Assembly: GCA_019359675.1 (NCBI GenBank)
Contig: JAHHGX010000022.1
Coordinates: forward strand, 4,549 to 36,548
DNA from: Calothrix sp. FI2-JRJ7
Lineage (GTDB): Bacteria; Cyanobacteriota; Cyanobacteriia; Cyanobacteriales; Nostocaceae
Direction of reading: 5' to 3'
DNA length: 32,000 nucleotides
The notes under the pieces were generated by a model, which searched no databases, had not been told where the DNA came from, and saw nothing but the letters and a program-made list of their open reading frames with translations. Below, in pieces: positions 17,933-27,419 of the stretch. The translations under genes and the position numbers were made by a program. How positions within the stretch are numbered: the stretch's first letter is position 1; each line of letters begins with the position of its first letter.

Positions 17933-19204
17933 GTGTTCAATCAAATTTTACGGGGTTGGGGAGCATTATCTGCGGTAGCTTTGGCGCCGGAACAACTTTG
18001 GTGGCAAGCGCTAAGTTTAGCATTTGAGGCGCCTGTAGTATCAAATTTAAACGCAATAGACGCTTCAGCTATACGTAATTGGGCATCTGGAATAAATTTT
18101 ACACCTGAAGTTACTAAACTTACACGTAGAGGCAGAAAGTGCAGTAATATCCGGCAAACTCTTTATATGGCATTATTTGGGTTGAGACGAGGAGAAATAG
18201 GAGAATCTTTAGGTGGTGGTTTTGTTAACCGTTTAGGCGCCAATGCCTTTATGCCAGATATATTATTTTATAAATCACAAGGTTTAAATCGTATATATGA
18301 TTATTATTTAGATGGGCCTGCTGAGTTGTTAATTGAGTTTATCACACAGGGCGATGAAAGTTACGACACAGAACTTAAGCGTTCGTACTATCAAGCGGCA
18401 GGTGTCCCCGAATATTGGATTTTTGATGTAGAGCAGGAAAATATAGAGTTTCTTCGGTTAGAAGACGGAGTGTATCAACCGCAACAACTTTTAGACGGAC
18501 GTTACGAAGTTTCTAGTATTCCAGGTTTAACGTTTTTACCAGCAAAACTTTGGGAAGCAGCAGACGATTTTACTTATTTATCAGAAAATGATTTATTTGA
18601 GGTAGCTAGCGATGCTCCCAAAGTTGGCAGCATGAAACCTGTGGGTGAAGGAATTGATTGGAGTAGAGGTGAATTAGGATTTGCTCCAGCGTTGGAACCT
18701 GTACCAATTATGTTTGAAGATTATATATACTGGTGTCCAGAACCAAAGTTTGAATTTATGGATGGTAAACCTTATATAGGTAGCAGAGACGGAATTAAAG
18801 GACTTACGGGAATGTTTTTAATGACGTTTGGGTTGGTTGAGTCAGTTAAATTATTACATCCGCGTGAGTGGGTAGAAGCATTAATCGCTCAAAGATTTGC
18901 TGTGCAAAATATCCAAGAATATAAAGCACAAGTGTGGCGATTAGTATATGAAATTGCCGCATTACTACGTGGAAAATATGGCGCCACTAGATTGGGTGTA
19001 ATAGGAGGATTAGTTAAACCAGAACCACTGAATTTTTGGGATGAAATTACAATATTAGCCTGGAATTTACCATTAGGACAAATGGGGAAAGCATATATAG
19101 CAGTGTCCGAGTTCAGCGAATTATTTTACTTTCATTTAATTGATGCAGAAGATGCGACAGATATACAACTCGATGCTATCGCTTCTGAATTAGTTGAAAT
19201 TTAA
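17933..19204 (+). CDS. Uma2 family (DUF820) endonuclease-like protein
   Basis: FMPDILFYKSQ...GPAELLIEFITQGDESYDTELKRSYYQAAGVPEYWIFDVEQENIEFLRLEDGVYQ is the Uma2 core. GTG at 17933 (VFNQILRGWG) or ATG at 17906. Confidence 0.8.
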   Translation: MFNQILRGWGALSAVALAPEQLWWQALSLAFEAPVVSNLNAIDASAIRNWASGINFTPEVTKLTRRGRKCSNIRQTLYMALFGLRRGEIGESLGGGFVNRLGANAFMPDILFYKSQGLNRIYDYYLDGPAELLIEFITQGDESYDTELKRSYYQAAGVPEYWIFDVEQENIEFLRLEDGVYQPQQLLDGRYEVSSIPGLTFLPAKLWEAADDFTYLSENDLFEVASDAPKVGSMKPVGEGIDWSRGELGFAPALEPVPIMFEDYIYWCPEPKFEFMDGKPYIGSRDGIKGLTGMFLMTFGLVESVKLLHPREWVEALIAQRFAVQNIQEYKAQVWRLVYEIAALLRGKYGATRLGVIGGLVKPEPLNFWDEITILAWNLPLGQMGKAYIAVSEFSELFYFHLIDAEDATDIQLDAIASELVEI

Positions 19205-19347
19205 AATTTTCACTGCTAGAAAGCGCCATTTTTAATAAATTATGGGTAAATATTACAATAGCATAACTCGCGGTGCCTATTTAATAAAGTAGTATTAAAC
19301 TGTTATACTTATTGACAGTACTAATTAATTACTATAATATTCTGTAC

Positions 19348-20472
19348 ATGAAGTACAAGTTGATTGATTTATTTGCAGGCGCCGGCGGATTAACTACAGG
19401 GTTTCATCTGGCAGATTTTGAATCATTGTGTGCCATTGAGGTTGATAAAAAAGCTTTGGCAACATATAAGCATAATTACCCAGGTGCAAAAATAGTTAAT
19501 GAAGATATATGTAAAGTAAATCCGAGAGAATTACGTCAATGGCTTGGTTTACAATCAGAAGAATTGACGGTAGTTATTGGTGGGCCACCTTGCCAAGGTT
19601 TCTCTAGAAATATTCCTGCGGGTTGTCGTAGTCTTGATGAGTCTCGCAATCAACTTTACAAAACTTTTTTAGAGTTTGTAGAAGAGTTTCGACCGATTTA
19701 TGTAGTAATGGAAAATGTACCTGAAATCTTAAATGCTTATAAAGGTATAGTCAGGTATGAAATTACTAAGCAATTAGAGTCATTCGGTTATAAAGTTGCT
19801 TCCGCTTCATTGAATGCAGCACATTATGGAATACCCCAAACAAGAACGAGAGCTTTTTTTATTGCCAGCTTAGATAAAACACCTTGTTTTCCTAAACCTA
19901 CGCATTCAGAAGAAAAATCTACGAAGCAACTTAATTTATTTGACAATGGCATTTCTTCAATTGTTACAGTCAGAGATGCAATTGGAGATTTACCACCATT
20001 AGATGCAGGACAAGAATATAACGAAGATAATTATCCATCACAGGTAAATAGTATATATCAAGCTATGATGCGCTCTGAAAGTACAAAACTTGTAAATCAC
20101 GTCGCTCGTGCTTTGAGTCCTGTTCAAATAGCAAGAGTTCGTGTTTTAAAAGAAGGGCAAGATGCAAAACATTTACCACCAGAACTGGCGCCTAAAAAAC
20201 ATTATAGCGGCGCCTATGGTAGATTATATTGGGATAAACCAGCAAGAACAATTACAAGATGGCTGTTTCATCCAGGTTCGGGTAGATTTTTCCATCCCAC
20301 ACAAGATAGAACTATAACAATACGCGAAGCAGCAAGGTTACATTCTTTTCCCGATAAATTTCATTTTTTAGGTACATATACAGAAATGTCATCTCAAATA
20401 GGAGAATCTGTACCTCCCCTTCTTGCTAAAGCTATAGCTATAGCTACGTGTTTAATTCAAGATTCTCATTAG
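19348..20472 (+). CDS. DNA (cytosine-5-)-methyltransferase
   Basis: Motif I DLFAGAGGLTTGFHLAD, motif IV GGPPCQGFSRN, motif VI MENVPEI, motif VIII QTRTRAFF, motif X ESVPPLLAKAIA. No restriction-enzyme-like ORF is adjacent. Confidence 0.95.
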   Translation: MKYKLIDLFAGAGGLTTGFHLADFESLCAIEVDKKALATYKHNYPGAKIVNEDICKVNPRELRQWLGLQSEELTVVIGGPPCQGFSRNIPAGCRSLDESRNQLYKTFLEFVEEFRPIYVVMENVPEILNAYKGIVRYEITKQLESFGYKVASASLNAAHYGIPQTRTRAFFIASLDKTPCFPKPTHSEEKSTKQLNLFDNGISSIVTVRDAIGDLPPLDAGQEYNEDNYPSQVNSIYQAMMRSESTKLVNHVARALSPVQIARVRVLKEGQDAKHLPPELAPKKHYSGAYGRLYWDKPARTITRWLFHPGSGRFFHPTQDRTITIREAARLHSFPDKFHFLGTYTEMSSQIGESVPPLLAKAIAIATCLIQDSH

Positions 20473-20675
20473 GTGTATTATTATATGTAAACTAACGTCT
20501 AATTAACTCAACTTGATAACTATATCCATCATCAAGTTCTTATATTAATTACCGTTGTAATAATAAGTACTAAAGTTTAAGCATTTTGTACTGATTAAAA
20601 CAAGTTATTATCAGCACACCTACAGCAAATCTCAGGTATATAAGGTATACATATAATACCCGAAATCTCGTTCTC

Positions 20676-20691
20676 ACGTTACATGTAACGT
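20676..20691. other. 16-bp perfect palindrome ACGTTACATGTAACGT
   Basis: Read directly; intergenic. Confidence 0.5.
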
Positions 20692-20714
20692 CTCTACATG
20701 TATTTCATAATCTT

Positions 20715-20921
20715 TTAGACAGGGATTTGTATTATAAATTCGGCGCCTTTTCCAGGTGTAGAAATGCACTTCAAGCTACCATGATGTTTTTCTGTAATAA
20801 TTTGGTAGCTAATAGCTAAACCCATCCCGGTACCTTTACCTACAAGTTTAGTTGTAAAAAATGGGTCAAAAATAGATTGTTGTATGTCAATGATTAGTAT
20901 GTAATGGCGCCAATGCCACAA
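20715..20921 (-). pseudogene. C-terminal fragment of a histidine kinase (HATPase_c)
   Basis: IQQSIFDPFFTTKLVGKGTGMGLAISYQIITEKHHGSLKCISTPGKGAEFIIQIPV; the N-, H- and G1 boxes are missing. Confidence 0.85.
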
Positions 20922-20938
20922 GAGCGTGTGGGCAGATT

Positions 20939-21961
20939 TTACGGATTAGGTATAATATCTTTCAATATCCAAGAGCCATTACTTTCTTCTGGAATTAGCT
21001 TTGCTTCCCAATTGGTGCTATAATCGATATTCCAAGGTTTGGCGATTGAATTCATTCTGTCAAGACCAAAAATATCTGCATTGGAATAGTGTTGTTTATT
21101 GTTGGCTTGGTTGAGCATTGCTGTAAAAAATTGTTCAACGGCGCCATGTCCTCTATTTACTCCAGGAATATCAGGAAACTGTGTATAAAAGGGAAAGTCT
21201 ATTATAAAAGATTCGTCGGCAGTTCTAGCGCGGTCTTGGGCGCCAAACCCACTACCGTAAAAAGCCCAAGACCAGCGTGAATTATCACTAAAATTAGTTG
21301 TTTTATACTTATCGCCTCCTATTTCTAAATTACCTGGGTCTAAAGCAATAATTCGGTTAATACCTCCTGTAATATCAGCAGCTACAGATGATGCAACATA
21401 GCTACCAAAACTATGACCAATTAAATTAATATTTGGCGTAGTGATTCCAAATTGTTTTAGAATATTAGCAGTCCAAGTAGCAGCAGCGTCAATCCATGAA
21501 AGAGCAATTACAGGGTTTGGAATATTAAAATCTCCACGGTAATTTATTCCTGGAGAATAAGCTGCACTTCTCCAGTCCAAGACCAGTACTTGGTCATCAG
21601 GAGAAAAGCCATCAGCTGATGAAGCTAAATTTTTAATATCTGTTAGCTGGTCGAGAATATCTCCTTTGGGTAAATTCATTTGTAAACCATGAATAACTAT
21701 CCACGTACTTTTGTTTGGGTCAAAAGTCTTGGAAATACCATCAGCCCACTGAATGCTAATATCATGTGATTCTATACCCAGTAAAGTGTTACCAGTGATA
21801 GTCCCTTGTAACTTTAGCCAAGGATTAAGGCTTTGGAATTCATCGTTTTTATCAAAACTAGCACCATTAAGCCGTAATGGATAATTTGTTATATTTAGGC
21901 TAGATTCGATATTAAGTGAGCTTGTACAATTCGTGAAATGATTATTGTGGTTGCTTAACAT
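20939..21961 (-). CDS. Lipase-like alpha/beta hydrolase
   Basis: WIVIHGLQMN, VLDWRSAAYSPGINY, nucleophile elbow INLIGHSFGSYVAS, ALDPGN, VNRGHGAVEQFF. Confidence 0.8.
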   Translation of the reverse strand: MLSNHNNHFTNCTSSLNIESSLNITNYPLRLNGASFDKNDEFQSLNPWLKLQGTITGNTLLGIESHDISIQWADGISKTFDPNKSTWIVIHGLQMNLPKGDILDQLTDIKNLASSADGFSPDDQVLVLDWRSAAYSPGINYRGDFNIPNPVIALSWIDAAATWTANILKQFGITTPNINLIGHSFGSYVASSVAADITGGINRIIALDPGNLEIGGDKYKTTNFSDNSRWSWAFYGSGFGAQDRARTADESFIIDFPFYTQFPDIPGVNRGHGAVEQFFTAMLNQANNKQHYSNADIFGLDRMNSIAKPWNIDYSTNWEAKLIPEESNGSWILKDIIPNP

Positions 21962-22011
21962 AGCTGCACCTTGTCTATATTATGATAATTACGCAACCGG
22001 GACATAAAAAC

Positions 22012-22282
22012 TGTAGGGTGCGTGACGCTACGAAAAAAATTCAACGTAGTAATAAGACTTGTAGCAGTCACGCACCTATGTTATAAACGTCACGCACCTA
22101 TTTATAATTGTCACGCGCTTTGACGATTAATATATTATTTGGTGCGTAACGCCTGATGATTATTCGTTTGCTCTCGGTGTTATTATAATCACGCGCTTTG
22201 ACGATTAATATATTATTTGGTGCGTAACGCCTGATGATTATTCGTTTGCTCTCGGTGTTATTATAGCGTCACGCACCCTACA
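22012..22282. repeat. 271-bp composite inverted-repeat element with two 78-bp internal tandem copies
   Basis: Perfect 18-bp outer arms tgtagggtgcgtgacgct (22012-22029) / agcgtcacgcaccctaca (22265-22282); 78-bp unit starting tcacgcgctttgacg at 22111 and 22189. Confidence 0.85.
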
Positions 22283-22390
22283 TCTTTTGCGATTATCATC
22301 AGAAGTAAGTCGCTAGTATGAATCTCAAAAGCTTAGGGCAGTGATATACTTATCCTGTATGGCAGTTCCGTATCTTAATATCCCATCACT

Positions 22391-25300
22391 ATGACCCTGG
22401 AGCAACGATTTTTTAGTCTCTCTCCGGATATATACTGTATTGTAGGTATGGAGGGTTTAATTATTCAGGTAAATCCGGCTTTCGAGAAAATATTAGGGTT
22501 TACTAAAGAAGAAGTGTTGGGACAATCGTATATTGGGTTTGTACATGAAGATTCGGCGCCTGCAACGGTTGAAGCACTTTTAACACTCGAACTTGGCTTT
22601 GCTGCTCGTTATCATAATCGTTACAAATGTAAAGATGGTTCCTACAAGTGGGTTGAATGGATTGTAGAGCCAGTTTTAGAAGAAGGGTTAATGTATGCAG
22701 TAGGGCGGGATTTTACAAACATTTATCAAGTGCTTGAAGAACGAGAGCGCTTTTTTTCCGTAGGCGCCGACCTTCTTTCTATTGGAACTTTTGACGGTTC
22801 CCTTACTTGGGTAAGTCCATCATGGGAGAAAACACTCGGTTGGACAACTGAGGAGTTGACGAGCCATCCCTGGGTTTATTTTGTCCACCCTGATGACCAT
22901 GAAAAAACATTAAGTGCAGGTCAAGAACTTATTGCGGGAGTCGAGTTAGTATCGTTTGAAAACCGTTATCGTTGTAAAGACGGCAGTTATCGCTGGATAA
23001 GTTGGAGATCTCACCCATTTGTCTCGGAAGGATTAATTTACGGCGCCGGAATAGATGTTACCGAGCGTAAACTAGCTCAAAATGCAGCTGAAGAGCAGGG
23101 TCTTCTTTTTAAAGCTATTACCGATAACGCTTTTGTTGCTTTATTTATTATGGACGAACACCAGCACTGTGTGTTTATGAACCCTGCTGCTGAGGAACTT
23201 ACTGGGTTTTCGTTGGATGAAGTACGAGGTCGGGCACTACACGATATTATTCATCATACTCGCCCTGATGTTAGCCATTACCCTCTCGAAGAATGTCCTA
23301 TTGACCGCGCATTTCCAGAAAATAATCAGGAGCAAGGTGAGGAGGTGTTTATTCACAAGGATGGCCACTTCTACACTGTCGCTTACACTGCCAGCCCAAT
23401 CCGTTCAGCGGATAAAATTCGTGGGACGGTCATGGAAGTTCAAGATATAAGTGTTCGTAAACGCGCCCTTGAAGAGTTAAAAGAAAGTGAAGAACGCTTC
23501 CGTACACTCGTGGAGCAAGTGCGCGACCACGCAATTTTCCGTACCGATATTGAAGGGCGCCCGACAACTTGGAACGAGGGTGTACGGCAAGTACTAGGCT
23601 TTGAGGAACACGAATTTATCAACCAAGAAATAACACCAATAATTTTTACCCCAGAAGACTTAGAGAAAAATGTCCCAAGCCTTGAATTGAAAGAAGCTAA
23701 GACAACAGGAAGTGCAAGCGATGACCGTTGGATGCGACACAAAGACGGCACGCGGATTTGGATTTCGGGTATGACTTATGGGGTTTATAATGAGAAGGGA
23801 GAAATTAGCAGCTATGGTAAGGTTATGCGAGATATGACCAATGCCAAGCGGGCTGAGGAAGCACTAGAAAAAGAACAGGCACGCTTACGTGCTGTACTCG
23901 ATAATATACCTGTCGCCGTTGTACTTGCTGAGGCGCCGTCCGGAAAAATTGTAATGGCGAACAAGCGTACAGAAGAAATTTTTCGCCATCCAGTATTTTA
24001 TTCCAATGATTATAACTCCTACCATGAATGGGAAAGCTACCATGCGGACGGGCGAAGAACAGAAAGCCACGAGTATGCCCTTGCCAAAGTGTTTGCTACT
24101 GGTGAATCATACGAAAATGAGTATCATTATCAACGTGGCGACGGTACAAGAACATGGGTTCGCGTAATGGGGGCGCCTATAAAAGACCGCGACGGCAACG
24201 TGATAGCAGGAGTAGTTGCGATTACAGATATAGATGCAGAAAAGCAAGAGCAGGAGCGACGAGAGCAGCTTCTTGAAACTGAGCAGTCAGCTCGTGCTGA
24301 GGCAGAGAGGGTTGGAAGGATGAAAGACGAATTTTTGGCGACACTTTCGCACGAACTTCGCACACCGCTAAATGCCATACTTGGTTGGTCGCAAATCATC
24401 CGTAAAGGTAACATAGACGCAGCGAGAATGCAGCAAGGATTAGACACTATACAGCGTAATGTCCGCGCGCAGTCACAGCTTATCGAAGACCTTCTTGATA
24501 TGAGCCGCATTACTTCCGGTAAAATACGGTTAAACGTGCAGCAAGTCGATATAAAAAGTGTTATCGAAGCAGCACTTGAGACAGTACGCTTGTCAGCAGA
24601 AGCCAAGGGAGTTCAACTACAAACAGTTTTTGATCAATTTATTGGTGTAATATCAGGAGACCCAGCGCGTTTACAGCAAATTATTTGGAATCTCCTTGCC
24701 AACGCGATTAAATTTACTCCTAGAAACGGGAAAGTGCAAATTGTTTTAGAGCGTGTAGACTCTCGTATGGAAATAAGCGTTATTGACACAGGGTTAGGTA
24801 TAAAGCCTGAATTTTTACCGCACGTGTTCGAGCGATTTAGCCAAGCTGATGGGTCAATTACGCGAAAACATGGGGGGTTAGGACTTGGGTTATCTATTGT
24901 TCGAGGACTTACCGAACTGCACGGTGGTACAGTACGAGTAAAAAGTGATGGCGAAGGAATGGGTGCCACGTTTACAGTATCATTACCAGTTGCCGCAGTA
25001 ATACCTAACGTAACAGAACAAAAGAAAGCGCATCGTGATATAGCTAATAGTAGCGAAGAGTTTGATGACTTCGAGCAATTAACACTTACTGGAATAAAAA
25101 TTCTCGTAGTCGATGACGAACCCGATGCTCGCGAACTGATACGATATGTACTTGAAGATGCTCTAGCTAATGTTATTACCGCAGGTTCTGCACACGATGC
25201 ACTTGAGTTAATGATGCAAGAGGCGCCGGATATACTTATTAGTGACATCGGTATGCCAGATGAAGACGGGTATGAATTTATCCGCAAAATACGCTCTCTA

Positions 25301-25474
25301 CCTTCAGAAAAAGGTGGAAAAATACCTGCGGTTGCACTTACCGCTTACGCAAGAGCAGAAGACCGAAAACGCGCAATGATAGCAGGTTATCAAATGTATC
25401 TCACCAAACCCGTTGAACCATCGGAACTGCGAGCAGTTATATCAAGCCTTACAACTCTCATCCAAAAAAATTGA
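22391..25474 (+). CDS. Multi-PAS hybrid sensor histidine kinase / response regulator
   Basis: Several PAS/PAC blocks (RYKCKDGSYKWVEW, RYRCKDGSYRWISW), H-box LSHELRTPLNAILGWSQ, ATPase GLGLGLSIVRGLTELHGGTVRV, receiver ILVVDDEPDARELIRYVL...ISDIGMPDEDGYEFI. Confidence 0.95.
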   Translation: MTLEQRFFSLSPDIYCIVGMEGLIIQVNPAFEKILGFTKEEVLGQSYIGFVHEDSAPATVEALLTLELGFAARYHNRYKCKDGSYKWVEWIVEPVLEEGLMYAVGRDFTNIYQVLEERERFFSVGADLLSIGTFDGSLTWVSPSWEKTLGWTTEELTSHPWVYFVHPDDHEKTLSAGQELIAGVELVSFENRYRCKDGSYRWISWRSHPFVSEGLIYGAGIDVTERKLAQNAAEEQGLLFKAITDNAFVALFIMDEHQHCVFMNPAAEELTGFSLDEVRGRALHDIIHHTRPDVSHYPLEECPIDRAFPENNQEQGEEVFIHKDGHFYTVAYTASPIRSADKIRGTVMEVQDISVRKRALEELKESEERFRTLVEQVRDHAIFRTDIEGRPTTWNEGVRQVLGFEEHEFINQEITPIIFTPEDLEKNVPSLELKEAKTTGSASDDRWMRHKDGTRIWISGMTYGVYNEKGEISSYGKVMRDMTNAKRAEEALEKEQARLRAVLDNIPVAVVLAEAPSGKIVMANKRTEEIFRHPVFYSNDYNSYHEWESYHADGRRTESHEYALAKVFATGESYENEYHYQRGDGTRTWVRVMGAPIKDRDGNVIAGVVAITDIDAEKQEQERREQLLETEQSARAEAERVGRMKDEFLATLSHELRTPLNAILGWSQIIRKGNIDAARMQQGLDTIQRNVRAQSQLIEDLLDMSRITSGKIRLNVQQVDIKSVIEAALETVRLSAEAKGVQLQTVFDQFIGVISGDPARLQQIIWNLLANAIKFTPRNGKVQIVLERVDSRMEISVIDTGLGIKPEFLPHVFERFSQADGSITRKHGGLGLGLSIVRGLTELHGGTVRVKSDGEGMGATFTVSLPVAAVIPNVTEQKKAHRDIANSSEEFDDFEQLTLTGIKILVVDDEPDARELIRYVLEDALANVITAGSAHDALELMMQEAPDILISDIGMPDEDGYEFIRKIRSLPSEKGGKIPAVALTAYARAEDRKRAMIAGYQMYLTKPVEPSELRAVISSLTTLIQKN

Positions 25475-25528
25475 TTGTAGCACAGGCATCATAAACTGTG
25501 AATAATTATATAACAAGGAGATATTGTA

Positions 25529-25687
25529 ATTGCTCGTACTGAAGAGGGGCGCCTGGTGCTGGAGAAGTCAGAAACGATCAAGTTGCGGTTGAAGTCTCGG
25601 TTTTCGCAGTTGCCGAAAGATAGAAGTTTGGCTTTGGAATTGATTGCGGAACGCCGTGAAGAAGTGAAAAGGGAAGACGCTAAATGA
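25529..25687 (+). pseudogene. vapB: VapB-like antitoxin remnant without a clear start codon
   Basis: Frame reads (I)ARTEEGRLVLEKSETIKLRLKSRFSQLPKDRSLALELIAERREEVKREDAK*, with AAGGAG upstream but no ATG/GTG; its TGA overlaps the vapC ATG (ATGA). Confidence 0.5.
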
Positions 25688-26065
25688 CGGTTATTCTCGA
25701 TGCTTCGGCATTGCTGGCTTACTTGAACTCGGAGCCAGGAAGTAATGTTGTAGAAGCAACACCAAGTGAGTCGGTGATTTCGAGTGTGAACTGGGCTGAG
25801 GTGGTTCAGAAAGGACTTGCACTTCTGTGTGGTTATTGAGGGAATGCTGGATGATTTGCAGGCGTTGGGTTTGGTGGTAGAGCCGTTTACCTCCCTTGAT
25901 GGTGAGGTGGCAGGACGGCTCTGGGAACAAACACGCAAATATGGGTTGTCTCTGGGAGACCGTGCGTGTTTGAGTTTAGGGTTGCGGTTGGGAGTTGTTG
26001 TTTTGACAAGCGACCGCGTATGGCTCAATCTCGATTTGGGGTTGGATATCCGTGCGGTGCGCTAA
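25684..26065 (+). pseudogene. vapC: VapC-like PIN-domain toxin, frameshifted
   Basis: MTVILDASALLAYLNSEPGSNVVEATPSESVISSVNWAEVVQKGLAL stops at 25839, and the next frame continues VVIEGMLDDLQALGLVVEPFTSLDGEVAGRLWEQTRKYGLSLGDRACLSLGLRLGVVVLTSDRVW. Confidence 0.85.
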
Positions 26066-26108
26066 CAATTTTTCGATATTTAAGGCGCCATACTAATCCA
26101 CTAATAAG

Positions 26109-26130
26109 AATGTGAACCGTGGTTCACATT
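26109..26130. promoter_or_regulatory. Perfect 10-bp inverted repeat, candidate operator
   Basis: aatgtgaacc-gt-ggttcacatt, about 150 bp upstream of the 186-aa gene. Confidence 0.4.
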
Positions 26131-26279
26131 TTTAAGTACTGGAAGTACGGTAAACCGAACTAACCGAACATATTTTTAGATTGGCGCCAATGAAAATTGT
26201 TCCTTCATATACAGAACAAAATCAACCGATAGCTCGTCAAGGAATAAAACATTAGTATTTTAATTAACGTAGAATCTTT

Positions 26280-26840
26280 ATGAAACTTAATATAAAGTTG
26301 ATTACACTATCATTAGCGATTTCATTATTAGGAGCGGCCCCAATCTTTAACTTGACTTCAGGTATGCTTCCAGTTGTTGCTCAAAATCAACCTACAAGTA
26401 CAAATACTAAATTTCAAACCTTTGTGGAAAAAGGGAGATATTCAATACAATATCCTCAAAACTGGTTTATCAGAAGAGAAAGCAAGGATTTATTATTTAT
26501 TAGTAACCGTAAGATTCCAGTAGTGGGAGGAGGAGCCTTTCCAAATTATTTTATAAAAACTGATGTACAAATTGAGAATGGAAGTTTACAAGAGAAAATA
26601 TCAACATTAGATTCTAATAGAGAACCTGGTGAGAGATTGGTTAAAAAACGGAATGTGAAAGTAGATGGAAAAAATGCTGTTAGACTTTGGTATAGCGGGG
26701 GTGAAACCGAAATGATACTTACCTTACTACCTTACAAGCAGACTAAAACCGTATCAATAGTATCTTTTTATACAACCAATAACGCAAAACTGGTGCCAAC
26801 TCTAGAAAGAATACATTCTTCTTTTAAATCATTGAAGTAA
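26280..26840 (+). CDS. Secreted/lipoprotein-like protein, PsbP-like domain
   Basis: Signal peptide MKLNIKLITLSLAISLLGAAPIF; FVEKGRYSIQYPQNWFIRRE...LVPTLERIHSSFKSL pattern as in PsbP-related proteins. Confidence 0.65.
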   Translation: MKLNIKLITLSLAISLLGAAPIFNLTSGMLPVVAQNQPTSTNTKFQTFVEKGRYSIQYPQNWFIRRESKDLLFISNRKIPVVGGGAFPNYFIKTDVQIENGSLQEKISTLDSNREPGERLVKKRNVKVDGKNAVRLWYSGGETEMILTLLPYKQTKTVSIVSFYTTNNAKLVPTLERIHSSFKSLK

Positions 26841-27350
26841 AAATGTCGAGGCGCCAGTAAAGAGAGTAATTCTTCTACCCCGTCTATATAAATATGTTGA
26901 ATACTAGGTTTGTTGGAATTCATAAGTTTATATTGTTATTTTGACGCAAAGAAACCAGGTTTCTATATTTTCAAAATGGCAACTGGTATATACTACTATA
27001 ACTTGGGTATAATCCGCTTCATGCAAGGCATACTATTTAGGTATCTAAATTTTAAAATAGATGTATGAACATGTATAAATTTATATATCTATGAAATTAA
27101 AGTTAACTGTATTTATGATGCTCTCGCGTTCAGACCAAGTAACGGCAATTAAAGCTATCAGAAGAGAACGCGGTTCAGGGCGCCGGAGATGAAACCTCTA
27201 AAAATTTTATTCTTTTAATGTATCGTAGACAACTTGTATATTAAACACTGCTCCAACTCTAGTATGATACGCTCCTCAACAAAAAGCATTGCCGTAATTC
27301 AAGCTTTATTCCGATGTATCTCAGCAAGCAAAATTTATATTATGTGGACA

Positions 27351-27386
27351 TGAAAGCAAACAGCGTGCTTCGCTGCTTTTCTTTCA
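27351..27386 (+). promoter_or_regulatory. 5'-leader hairpin upstream of the GG-leader peptide gene
   Basis: tgaaagcaaacagcg-tgctt-cgctgcttttctttca; CAGCG/CGCTG core is perfect, and it ends 33 bp before the ATG at 27420. Confidence 0.4.
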
Positions 27387-27419
27387 CATCTAACAAATAT
27401 ACTTAACGGAGATAAAGTA

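Noticed and set aside
24130-25287. Long antisense ORFs (158 and 217 aa) opposite the histidine kinase
   Set aside because: The sense strand encodes clear kinase/receiver motifs; the antisense products are low-complexity Ser/Arg-rich and are codon-bias artefacts.
25489-26028. 179-aa and 79-aa minus-strand ORFs over vapBC
   Set aside because: The plus strand carries recognisable VapC PIN-domain sequence in two frames; the minus ORFs have no motifs.
27121-27180. Inverted repeat cgcgttc ... gaacgcg
   Set aside because: 7-bp arms about 34 bp apart in a long intergenic region; too weak to claim.
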